Assembly: GCA_002413755.1 (NCBI GenBank)
Contig: DHXQ01000045.1
Location: 1,814-44,438, forward strand
Length of the DNA stretch: 42,625 nucleotides
Reading direction: 5' to 3'
Source of the DNA: Candidatus Saccharibacteria bacterium UBA5152
GTDB taxonomy: Bacteria; Patescibacteriota; Saccharimonadia; Saccharimonadales; UBA4665
Shown: piece by piece, positions 1 to 8,253 of the stretch
How positions within the stretch are numbered: the stretch's first letter is position 1
How the letters are laid out: the number at the start of each line of letters is the position of its first letter
Program-made: the position numbers and the translations under genes
The notes under the pieces: model-generated
The model's database searches: none
Told to the model about the DNA's origin: nothing
What the model saw: only the letters and a program-made list of their open reading frames with translations

Positions 1-189
1 GGCATGCGCCCTGATTTGCCCGAAGAAGCTAAGACCGCCAAGCTCAATCTCAAGAAGATACCAAAAGATGAATACAAGGGTCTCATTAAAGACCTCAGCG
101 GTCAGATGGAGCTGGCAGCCGCCAACCTCCAGTTTGAAACGGCTGCTGAACTGCGCGATGTGATTAACGAAATAAAAGCCAAGCTATAA
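1..189 (+). CDS. uvrB: Excinuclease ABC subunit B, C-terminal fragment (open at window edge)
   Basis: The frame is open from nt 1. The translation ends with a UVR-domain helix pair, QMELAAANLQFETAAELRDVINEIKAKL, typical of the UvrB C-terminus. Stop TAA at 187-189. Confidence 0.8.
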   Translation, partial: GMRPDLPEEAKTAKLNLKKIPKDEYKGLIKDLSGQMELAAANLQFETAAELRDVINEIKAKL

Positions 190-219
190 GAGGGATGATG
201 TCTGAAACTGTGCCGCCAG

Positions 220-1500
220 TTATTGGGCGCCCACGCTCGCATCAACGCACGGCAGCTGGTTGAAGTAGATGCTTCTGGAGTCGTTCTGGGCATAATGCTT
301 GACGACATCAGGGTTGACTTGCCAGGCGCGAGCTTCGAGTAGCAGCGCTTTAGCGCGTAGCTTCTGGTTTGCTGGTGATAATAAGTTGGGGTCGAACCAT
401 CCAAATAGCCGTGAGTACATTTCGCCTTTATCCTCGACCATATTATCAAATGAATAGTTCGATACAACCGGAACTACAGCTCTTTCAGCTGCGAGGGTAG
501 CTTTGGTGCTGCAAAGGTTGGTGTTTTGACCATCAGCATTTCTCTTAAGGTCAGAACTCCATAAGCGGTCGGTGTAAGTATCGAGGCTTAGCTCGCTCGG
601 GTGCTTCCAGTTTGGCGTATAAATGTCCCCACCGTTAATATTAACGTACGGCTGGTCATTGTTGGCTGCATCATATCCTAATTCCCGAGCATCTTTGATA
701 TGCCCATTCTCGTGAAAAAAGACGGTTTCATCGAATCCATATGTCAGATTGAGCGCAATTGTATCATTCGTACCGTAGGTATACGCCAGACCAACGGCGG
801 GATAGTCTGGCTTGGATGCAAACAGTAGAATGTGCTTCACTCCGTCGTCTCGTATCTCTTCGGCCGGGGTCATCGAAAATGCCCGCGCCAAGCTTAGAAG
901 CGATTGGATTGCCTGAGGTTTTTTAGTTGCCTCCATAAGGCTGACGCGAGTTGTGGCGCCCGGTGGGAGCATATCGCTGAGCTCAAGACCAACACCGTAT
1001 TGGGCGAGGAAATCTTTGGTCGGACCCATATAATCGTCAAATGTCCCGGCTCCATATTCGGGAACCTGGCGATAGTACTCGTCCAGGCTGTGAAAAGTTA
1101 GCCGGGTGTCTGACGATTCGTGCTTGGCCAGGTCGCCAACTAGATAACCCGACCACATTTTATTAAGGATGGTATATGAGGGGTCGAACCATTCGGTGAC
1201 CTGCGCCAGAGCTTCGGCGGACGGCGTGGGAGCGACGGAACCCTTGGCGGCGGGCGCTACTTGAGGCGATTGCCCTGGAACGATGGGGCCGGAGATAGCC
1301 GGCTCGACATTAAATTGCGGCGTTTCGGCTGTCTTGTCGATAAGATTCATGTTTCCATAAGCGGCAAGCAGGGTAGTACCGCCGATCGCTAATCGGATAG
1401 CAGCTCCAGAGACAATCTGCCGCAAACGGGCGAACCGTTGCTCGGTTTCCTGGGGTTCAATCTTTGGAATTATTTCGGCCAGCTCAGCTGAGTACATCAT
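220..1500 (-). CDS. Hypothetical membrane-anchored protein with a single HExxH motif (putative Zn-metallopeptidase-like)
   Basis: 426-aa ORF. It has an N-terminal hydrophobic helix (AAIRLAIGGTTLLAAYG), a Pro/Ala-rich linker, and an FFHENGHIKD (HExxH) motif. It is co-oriented with and 81 nt downstream of the giant surface protein gene. TGtTATAAT lies at 1504-1512 on the minus strand, so the real start may be the second ATG at 1497. Confidence 0.6.
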   Translation of the reverse strand: MMYSAELAEIIPKIEPQETEQRFARLRQIVSGAAIRLAIGGTTLLAAYGNMNLIDKTAETPQFNVEPAISGPIVPGQSPQVAPAAKGSVAPTPSAEALAQVTEWFDPSYTILNKMWSGYLVGDLAKHESSDTRLTFHSLDEYYRQVPEYGAGTFDDYMGPTKDFLAQYGVGLELSDMLPPGATTRVSLMEATKKPQAIQSLLSLARAFSMTPAEEIRDDGVKHILLFASKPDYPAVGLAYTYGTNDTIALNLTYGFDETVFFHENGHIKDARELGYDAANNDQPYVNINGGDIYTPNWKHPSELSLDTYTDRLWSSDLKRNADGQNTNLCSTKATLAAERAVVPVVSNYSFDNMVEDKGEMYSRLFGWFDPNLLSPANQKLRAKALLLEARAWQVNPDVVKHYAQNDSRSIYFNQLPCVDASVGAQ

Positions 1501-1581
1501 TACATTATAACATATTATGTCAAATAAACAATGATCGTAGGCTATAGCCGTCGCATTCGACTTGCTAGGCTCTAACAGAGT

Positions 1582-4500
1582 TTAGTTGCTTGTGACTGAG
1601 CAGTCATCATAAATGACGCTGCCAGTGCTCGATGTCTGGAGAGTTGCGTAGACCTGTGGAATGATTCTATAGTCGGCAATTGTCGCGGTATCGGTGATTT
1701 GAACTTGGGTCCAGGTATTCAGCGGTAATGCCGTGGCGGTGGTTGCGCCGAGGACGGTACCGGCCTTGATCGGTTGGTCATACTGCATGAAGCGGATCAT
1801 GACTGTTGTATTGGCGACTGTCGGGCGAACCCAACAGCGGGCAGTGTACTGCTTACCGACAACGGAGTACCTTATCACATTGATGTTCGACATGCCGGCC
1901 AGGCCGATGGTTGTCGACTTGGAGGAGACACTCACGGCTTTGCTTCCGCCATGAACCGGTGTGGTGACGCTGACTGGGACTCCATAACCGAAGGCGCTCC
2001 AACCGCTCAGGCCCGATTCAAAGCCGGGATCGGCCAGCAGCTCGGGTGCAGTTGGTGTGACCCCACTGATTGTAGCTTCTGCGCTGCTGCCGACGCTGTT
2101 ACTGGCGGTAACCACGAAGTCGTAGGCAGTGGCATTACTCAGTCCGCTGACAGTCGTGGCTGTAGCAGTCGAGACGCCATCATTGTAGGTAATCCAGATT
2201 GTTGATCCGGTCGGACGGTATTGGATGATGTAATCTGTGATGGCGGCGCCGCCATTCGAGCTGGGGGCACTCCAGGACAGGCTGACTAGGGCGTTACCGG
2301 CAGTGCCGGTCAGATTTGTAGGGGCAGTTGGAACAGTAGCTGGTGCTTGTGGTGTTACGGAATTACTTGGGGGCGAGGCGGCACTACTACCAACAACATT
2401 ACGTGCGGTGACGGTAAAGGTGTACGCCGTGCCGTTAGTCAGGCCAACAACGGTAACCGGCGAAGCGGTGCCGGTAGCGGTGAGACCATCCGGCTGGCTG
2501 GTTACGGTGTAATCGATGATGGCCGAACCGCCATCCGAAGTCGGCTGCGTGAAGCTAACGGTCGCCGTGCCGTTGTCGGCTGTGGCCGTGGCGGCAGTTG
2601 GTGCTGACGGAGCGCTGGTTGGGGGTTGTGGTGTCACACTGTTGCTTGCTGCCGAATCCGGGCTGCTACCGATGGCATTTTGCGCAGTCACAACGAAGCT
2701 ATAAGCGGTGCCATTCGTCAGTCCGGTGACGGTGATTGGTGAGCTGGTACCGGTGGCGGTGAGGCCGTCTGGGATACTGGTGACGGTGTAGCCGGTGATT
2801 GGCGTGCCGCCGTCGGAAGCGGATATATCGTAGGTGACGGTGGCGCTGCCGTTGCTGGCGACTGCAACGACGTCACCAGGGGCGGTGGGTACGGTGGCGT
2901 TCGCAAATGGTGTCGCCTGAGCGGCTAGCGCGAATTGACTATCTCCAGCGCTGTTGTGGGCCGTGACGGTAAATTCATAGGTTGTTTGATTGCTTAGGTT
3001 ACTGACAGTGCTGGACAATGCATCACTGACGCTGTCGGCATATGGCAGCCACACCGATGAGCCGAGCACTCGGTAATAGACACCGTAGTCACTGATGGCT
3101 GCTCCGCCGTCACTGTCGGGAGCCACCCAGCTCAAGGTAGCCTGTCCGTCTGCTGCTACGGCTACTAGACCAGTAGGAGCGTCTGGCGCTGAGGCCGGTG
3201 CAAGAGGTATCACGCTCATGCTGGCGGCCGAGGATGGACTGGTGCCAGCACTGTTGGTGGCTGTCACGGTGAAGCTGTACGGTGTGCCATTGGTCAGCCC
3301 GGTGATCACAATTGGTGAGCTGGTACCGGTGGCGGTGAGGCCGTCTGGGATACTGGTGACGGTGTAGCCGGTGATTGGCGAACCGCCATCCGATGCGGGG
3401 GGGCTAAAACTGACGCTTGCGCTGGCATTATCAGCAACAGCAGTGACGCTTTGCGGTTCGCTTGGAACTATGATTGGCGGCGCTTCCGATGCGACCGGTG
3501 TGGTGGCCGAGCTGTTGGAATCAGGGCTGACACCGACACTATTAATAGCCTGGACGAAGAATTCATAGGCTGTACCATTGGTCAGGTTAGGAATGGTGGC
3601 CGAAGGTAGCGTTGAAACCCCGTCGTTGTACTGCACCCAGATGGATGAGCCGACGACCCGGTAGAATATTGCATAGTCACTGATCGCCGCACCGCCATCG
3701 CTGGCCGGGGCATCCCATGACAGCAGTACCTGGCTGTCGACACCAGTGGCTAAGAGGTTAAACGGCGCCTCGGGAACAGTTGCTGGGGCGGAGGGAGTCA
3801 CGCTGGCGCTCGGGCTGGACGCCGGGCTGGTGCCGGCACTGTTAGTTGCCGTTACGCTGAAGCTATAAGCGGTGCCATTCGTCAGTCCGGTGATGGTGAT
3901 TGGTGAGCTGGTACCGCTTGCCGTCAGACCATCTGGGATACTGGTAACGGTGTAGCCGGTGATTGGCGTGCCGCCGTTATTTGTTGGTGCGGTGAAACTG
4001 ACAGTTGCCTGAGCATTACCAGCTACCGCGTTGATGCCAGTTGGGGCGCCAGGAGCCGTCACTGGCATGGCGGCCGTTACCGAGCAATCATCGTATATGA
4101 CGCTACCGGTGCTCGATGTCTGGGCGGTGGCGTAGACCTGTGGAATCATGCGGTAATTATCAAGTGTGGCGAGGCCGCTGACTTTGAGGAGGGTCCAGGT
4201 ATTAACCGGCAGTGCGGTGGCAGTAGTGATACCGCTGGTGGCATTAAGGACTTTGATCGTCTGATCGTACTGCAATAGACGGATAATGACCGTTGTATTA
4301 ACAACTGTCGGGCGAACCCAACATTGGGCGTTGTATTGCTTGCCATTGACGGTATTCTTGACCACATTAATGTTGGATAGCCCAGCCAGGCCGACAGTGG
4401 TCGAGTTGGATGAAACGCTGACAGCTTTGGCGCCACCATGGACCGGTGCTGTTACACTCGTTGGAACCCCGAAACCGAACCCACTCCAGCCGCCAAGGCC

Positions 4501-5901
4501 AGACTCGAAGCCAGGATCGGTCAGTAGCTCAGTTACGACCGGTGCTACTGGGATGATTACATTGGACGCGGCCGACGCGGCACCGGTGCCGGCGATATTC
4601 GTAGCTGTAACACTGAAGGTGTAGGCGGTTCCGTTGGTCAGGCCGCCGATGGTAATCGGTGAAGTGCTGCCGCTAGATGTTAGGCCGCCGGGGCTGCTGG
4701 TAACAGTGTAGCCGGTAATACCACTACCGCCGTTGTTGGCTGGCGGCGTGAATGACACGACTGCCGAGCCATCACCAGCAGTTGCGGTGACACTTTGTGG
4801 TGCCGAAGGGACGACGATTGTCGGGTCGGGCGTGGTCGAGCCGTCCGGCCGGACCCAGCTCATATTGGTGGTAACGAAGTTAGAGTACTGGTCGGTAATG
4901 TAGCCGGTAGGATAGTTGTTGAGCGATTTGCTGACGTAGATCGAGCTACTGATCGAGTTATTGGCGGTATTGATATTAAGCAAGCGGACATGGTTTTGGG
5001 AACCAGAGTGGTAGGCGGTCATGATGGCGGCGACCTTGTTACCATGGACACCGGTAAATTCGCGGTAGCCGATGCCGGGGTTGGTGCTGTTGGGTCCGTA
5101 GTGGCCGCTCAGGACCATCTTGATATTCGAGTATTGCGAAATAAATTCATCCCACTCGGTGAGGGCGTTCTGATCGCCATAATTACCGGTGATTGGCAAG
5201 TCATTTTGCTGGTCGATGAAGGCGTGGGTACTGACGATCACGTTGTAATTAGGGTGCGTCGCAACGACCTGTTCCATCCATTGAATAACCGATTCGCGGG
5301 GCCACATCTCGTGGGTGATGACCATCCAGTTGTCGCCGCCAGCCGTGAAAGTCTGCCACATGTTATCAACTTTGTTGGGTTCGAAACTAGCTTGGACGTT
5401 TTTGAAGCGGGTCAGGGGGAAAGTCTGGTTGAAGAGAGCAGTGTTGCGTAGGTTATCGTGGACATTGCCAGGGGCGGCGCTACCACCGACTGTGACGGCC
5501 GCAGTATCATGATTGCCGACGGCCAGGCTGTAAGGTATGGTACTGTTATCCAGGATTTTGACTGCGTTATCAACACGGGTGAACTGAATCGGATCAACAA
5601 CACCCCAGTTGACGTTGTCGCCAATCTGGGCAACGAATTTCAAGTTTAGCGGCTGCTGGTTGTCGGACAGCCATTGGTAACGGCCTGGTAAGAGCGGATT
5701 TCCATCACTTAATATTTCATTTTGAGTATCGGGTACCTGGGCTATGTCGAAGGATGTCTCAGTTGTATCGGCGGAAACTGACTTAAAAATAGTTGACATT
5801 GTAACGGTCGTTATTAATACGATACTGCAAACCGTAAAAACTACCAGTGGTAGGTGTGCTTGCAAACGCTGGCTACATCGTGAAATAAGAGACATGAACA
5901 C
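1582..5901 (-). CDS. Giant modular cell-surface protein: signal/anchor, calcineurin-type metallophosphoesterase, FN3, CBM4/9-like, 7x FN3, CBM4/9-like
   Basis: 1439-aa ORF with a GAGGAG Shine-Dalgarno just upstream of the ATG at 5901. Metallophosphoesterase motifs are present: IGDNVN, AVGNHD, VSTHAF, LSGHYG. There are eight roughly 95-aa FN3-like modules (LTNGTAYxFxVTAxN). Two roughly 155-aa modules open with ELL(T/A)DPGFESGL(G/S)GW and end with VIYDDCSVT. Confidence 0.85.
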   Translation of the reverse strand: MFMSLISRCSQRLQAHLPLVVFTVCSIVLITTVTMSTIFKSVSADTTETSFDIAQVPDTQNEILSDGNPLLPGRYQWLSDNQQPLNLKFVAQIGDNVNWGVVDPIQFTRVDNAVKILDNSTIPYSLAVGNHDTAAVTVGGSAAPGNVHDNLRNTALFNQTFPLTRFKNVQASFEPNKVDNMWQTFTAGGDNWMVITHEMWPRESVIQWMEQVVATHPNYNVIVSTHAFIDQQNDLPITGNYGDQNALTEWDEFISQYSNIKMVLSGHYGPNSTNPGIGYREFTGVHGNKVAAIMTAYHSGSQNHVRLLNINTANNSISSSIYVSKSLNNYPTGYITDQYSNFVTTNMSWVRPDGSTTPDPTIVVPSAPQSVTATAGDGSAVVSFTPPANNGGSGITGYTVTSSPGGLTSSGSTSPITIGGLTNGTAYTFSVTATNIAGTGAASAASNVIIPVAPVVTELLTDPGFESGLGGWSGFGFGVPTSVTAPVHGGAKAVSVSSNSTTVGLAGLSNINVVKNTVNGKQYNAQCWVRPTVVNTTVIIRLLQYDQTIKVLNATSGITTATALPVNTWTLLKVSGLATLDNYRMIPQVYATAQTSSTGSVIYDDCSVTAAMPVTAPGAPTGINAVAGNAQATVSFTAPTNNGGTPITGYTVTSIPDGLTASGTSSPITITGLTNGTAYSFSVTATNSAGTSPASSPSASVTPSAPATVPEAPFNLLATGVDSQVLLSWDAPASDGGAAISDYAIFYRVVGSSIWVQYNDGVSTLPSATIPNLTNGTAYEFFVQAINSVGVSPDSNSSATTPVASEAPPIIVPSEPQSVTAVADNASASVSFSPPASDGGSPITGYTVTSIPDGLTATGTSSPIVITGLTNGTPYSFTVTATNSAGTSPSSAASMSVIPLAPASAPDAPTGLVAVAADGQATLSWVAPDSDGGAAISDYGVYYRVLGSSVWLPYADSVSDALSSTVSNLSNQTTYEFTVTAHNSAGDSQFALAAQATPFANATVPTAPGDVVAVASNGSATVTYDISASDGGTPITGYTVTSIPDGLTATGTSSPITVTGLTNGTAYSFVVTAQNAIGSSPDSAASNSVTPQPPTSAPSAPTAATATADNGTATVSFTQPTSDGGSAIIDYTVTSQPDGLTATGTASPVTVVGLTNGTAYTFTVTARNVVGSSAASPPSNSVTPQAPATVPTAPTNLTGTAGNALVSLSWSAPSSNGGAAITDYIIQYRPTGSTIWITYNDGVSTATATTVSGLSNATAYDFVVTASNSVGSSAEATISGVTPTAPELLADPGFESGLSGWSAFGYGVPVSVTTPVHGGSKAVSVSSKSTTIGLAGMSNINVIRYSVVGKQYTARCWVRPTVANTTVMIRFMQYDQPIKAGTVLGATTATALPLNTWTQVQITDTATIADYRIIPQVYATLQTSSTGSVIYDDCSVTSN
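1585..2046 (-). repeat. CBM4/9-like module, copy 2 (C-terminal), diverged duplicate of 4072-4533
   Basis: The DNA and protein are clearly alignable with 4072-4533. Shared runs include gtagacctgtggaat and tgtcgggcgaacccaaca. At the protein level both copies contain PVHGG.KAVSVSS, CWVRPTV.NTTV and IPQVYAT.QTSSTGSVIYDDCSVT. Confidence 0.8.
2050..4059 (-). repeat. Tandem array of seven FN3-module coding repeats (about 95-100 codons each), two alternating sub-types
   Basis: Modules of type VSFT.P..GG.PITGYTVTS alternate with modules of type LSW.AP..GGAAISDY...YR. A 70-bp stretch is identical at 2735-2804 and 3311-3380, and a near copy lies around 3898-3970. Confidence 0.85.
4072..4533 (-). repeat. 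CBM4/9-like module, copy 1, diverged duplicate of 1585-2046
   Basis: Same evidence as for copy 2. The two copies bracket the array of seven FN3 modules. Confidence 0.8.
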
Positions 5902-6038
5902 TCCTCGGTTAAACTACTGCACTTCTCTCACCCGCAGATACGGGTATTTTACTCGTTTTTACCCCAGTTTGTAAATGAAATAATATACAACATTACCCCT
6001 CTCAACAAATCAGGCGGTTTCTGGTATATTTATAAGAT

Positions 6039-6332
6039 ATGGCCGACCTCACACGGGATGATATTTTAAAGCTCGCTCGCCTGGCGCGAATTTCACTCAC
6101 CGACGATGAAGTTGGTGAGTTTGCGACTGAATTCACCGAGATTCTGAAATATGTCGAACAGCTCAATGCTGTCGATACGTCTGGGCTTGAGCCAACCAGC
6201 CAGGTAACCGGCCTGACCAACGTCACGCGTGCCGACACCGTGATTGACTACGGCTATGCGGCCAGCAAGCTCCTGGAGAATGTTCCGAGCAAGCAGGCTG
6301 ACCTTATCAAAGTCAAAAGGATGATCGGCTAA
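6039..6332 (+). CDS. gatC: Asp/Glu-tRNA amidotransferase subunit C
   Basis: 97 aa. The N-terminus LTRDDILKLARLARISLTDDEVGEF and the sequence VDTSGLEPTSQV are typical GatC. The stop overlaps the gatA ATG (TAATG). Confidence 0.9.
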   Translation: MADLTRDDILKLARLARISLTDDEVGEFATEFTEILKYVEQLNAVDTSGLEPTSQVTGLTNVTRADTVIDYGYAASKLLENVPSKQADLIKVKRMIG

Positions 6333-7783
6333 TGGCTGGTGCTGTGGCGGTTAAGGACCGTCAGTGGTTACCAATTGCTGAGATTGCGACGCAGGTCAAT
6401 GCCGGCGGTCTCAAAGCTGTTGATCTGGTTGAGCAGTCGCTCCGGACGATTGCCGACAAGGCTGAATACCAGGCAATTATTGCTACCCTTGACGATGCCG
6501 CTCGGGCCCGGGCCGTGGCAATTGATGCTCAAGTTGCGGCTGGCAAGTCAGCTGGACGCTTGGCTGGCGTACCATTTATTGCTAAGGATAATTATCTCGT
6601 CTTTGGGGCCGATACCACGGCGGCCAGTAATATCCTGCGCGGCTTTCAGGCACCGTATCAATCAACGGTCATCAACCGGCTAGAAGCTGAAGGTGCTATC
6701 TGTGTTGCCAAGGCCAACCTCGACGCCTTCGCCCACGGCGGCTCCACCGAGAACAGTGACTTTTTTACAACGAAGAATCCACATGACCTGACTCGGGTTC
6801 CCGGTGGCTCGTCAGGCGGCTCGGCGGCGGCCGTAATTCTCGACATGGCACCATTTGCGCTTGGGACTGACACCGGCGGCTCGATTCGTCAGCCTGCCAG
6901 CTTCGTGGGCGCCGTCGGCTTTAAGCCAACCTATGGCACCACGTCGCGCTCCGGTGTTGTTGCCATGGCCAGTAGCACCGATGTCATGGGCCCGCTAACG
7001 CGCAGCGTTGACGACGCGGCGCTGGTCTACGATGTCTTTGCTGGCCCCGATCTGCTGGATAGCACCACTATCGAGCGCGACAGCGCAGGCTACACTGATC
7101 TGGCGGCCCGCGATCTGCATGGCGTGAAAATCGGCGTTATCAAGGAGTATTTTGAAGCTAGCCTGGATGCCGGCGTTAGATCAGTCATCGAAAATGGCAT
7201 CGCCAAGCTGAAGGCCGCCGGAGCCGAAATTATTGATGTCAGCCTGCCATCCTTGCCGCTAGCGCTGGCGGTGTACTACATCGTGGTGCCCGCCGAGATC
7301 AGCAGCAACCTCAGCCGCTATGACGGCCAGCGCTATGGTTACAGCAATCCCGATGCCAAAAACCTCGAAGATAGCTATAGCGGTGCCCGTGGTCGCGGAT
7401 TTGGTAAAGAAGCCAAGCGCCGCATCATGATCGGTACCTATGTGCTGAGCAGCGGCTATTACGACGCTTATTATAAGAAAGCCCAGACAGTCCGTACCAA
7501 GTTGGTCAATGAATTCGCCGAAGCTTTCACCCAGGTAGACTTTTTGGTGGGGCCGACCGCGCCCACGACAGCGTTTAAGATTGGCGAGAATACCGCCGAC
7601 CCACTCCAGATGTACCTGGCTGATGTCATGACGGTCGGTCCCAGCCTGGCCGGACTAACGGCGATTGTGGTGCCCACGGGCCTGTCCGATGGCTTGCCGG
7701 TCGGTATGCAGCTGATGGCAGCCCAGCGCGCCGACCGGGCGTTACTCGAACTGGCCAAGTGTGCCGAGGAGCTTTTTGTATGA
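6332..7783 (+). CDS. gatA: Asp/Glu-tRNA amidotransferase subunit A (amidase signature family)
   Basis: 483 aa. The amidase signature GGSSGGSAAAV and GTDTGGSIRQPASF are present, and it sits in the gatCAB context. Confidence 0.95.
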   Translation: MAGAVAVKDRQWLPIAEIATQVNAGGLKAVDLVEQSLRTIADKAEYQAIIATLDDAARARAVAIDAQVAAGKSAGRLAGVPFIAKDNYLVFGADTTAASNILRGFQAPYQSTVINRLEAEGAICVAKANLDAFAHGGSTENSDFFTTKNPHDLTRVPGGSSGGSAAAVILDMAPFALGTDTGGSIRQPASFVGAVGFKPTYGTTSRSGVVAMASSTDVMGPLTRSVDDAALVYDVFAGPDLLDSTTIERDSAGYTDLAARDLHGVKIGVIKEYFEASLDAGVRSVIENGIAKLKAAGAEIIDVSLPSLPLALAVYYIVVPAEISSNLSRYDGQRYGYSNPDAKNLEDSYSGARGRGFGKEAKRRIMIGTYVLSSGYYDAYYKKAQTVRTKLVNEFAEAFTQVDFLVGPTAPTTAFKIGENTADPLQMYLADVMTVGPSLAGLTAIVVPTGLSDGLPVGMQLMAAQRADRALLELAKCAEELFV

Positions 7784-8253
7784 TATCCATGTTTACCATG
7801 ATCGGTTTCACCTTACCGATTTCGACGGCTGATGTCGGCACAACCCAACTTATCCTAGCTGGTATCGCCATCCTTATTCTATTAATGTTGATCTTTGGTG
7901 CCACCTGGCTGACCAAGCGCCGCTTTAGCAAGCCAAACGTCGACTACTTCACGAAGCGTTGGCGCGATTTACAGAAGATGTGCGCCGATGTGGCGACCTG
8001 GCCGCTGGCAATTATCGATGCCGACAAGCTCGTTGACGAAGCGCTCAAAAAGAGCCGTGTCAAGGGAAAGACTATGGGCGAGCGCCTGGTCACGGCCCAG
8101 CGCATGCTCTCTGACAACGACAGTATCTGGTATGCCCACAAGCTGCGCAACAAGTTGGTCCACGAGCACTACGATAAGCTCAAAGAACGCGATGTCAAAG
8201 ACGCCTTGATTGGTTTCCGCCAGGCGCTGAAGGACTTGGGAGCGCTGAAATGA
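7780..8253 (+). CDS. Hypothetical small membrane protein nested between gatA and gatB (N-terminal TM segments, helical C-domain with an R-x4-H motif)
   Basis: The ATG at 7780 overlaps the gatA stop (ATGA). Its own stop overlaps the gatB ATG at 8250 (ATGA). The N-terminus is hydrophobic (IGFTLPISTADVGTTQLILAGIAILILLMLIFGATWL). The C-domain contains AHKLRNKLVHEH. Confidence 0.6.
   Translation: MISMFTMIGFTLPISTADVGTTQLILAGIAILILLMLIFGATWLTKRRFSKPNVDYFTKRWRDLQKMCADVATWPLAIIDADKLVDEALKKSRVKGKTMGERLVTAQRMLSDNDSIWYAHKLRNKLVHEHYDKLKERDVKDALIGFRQALKDLGALK

Noticed and set aside
1585-4533. The two diverged CBM-like copies as a diversity-generating retroelement template/variable repeat pair
   Set aside because: No reverse transcriptase gene is nearby. 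Both copies are in-frame coding modules of the same protein. The substitutions between them involve all base types rather than being adenine-specific.
1733-5649. Many plus-strand ORFs (60-218 aa) inside the giant surface-protein gene, for example 1774-2205, 4286-4624 and 4795-5451
   Set aside because: They are antisense shadows of a repetitive, GC-rich, Thr/Ser/Gly/Ala-rich coding region. The minus-strand frame is continuous for 1439 codons with clear domain signatures.
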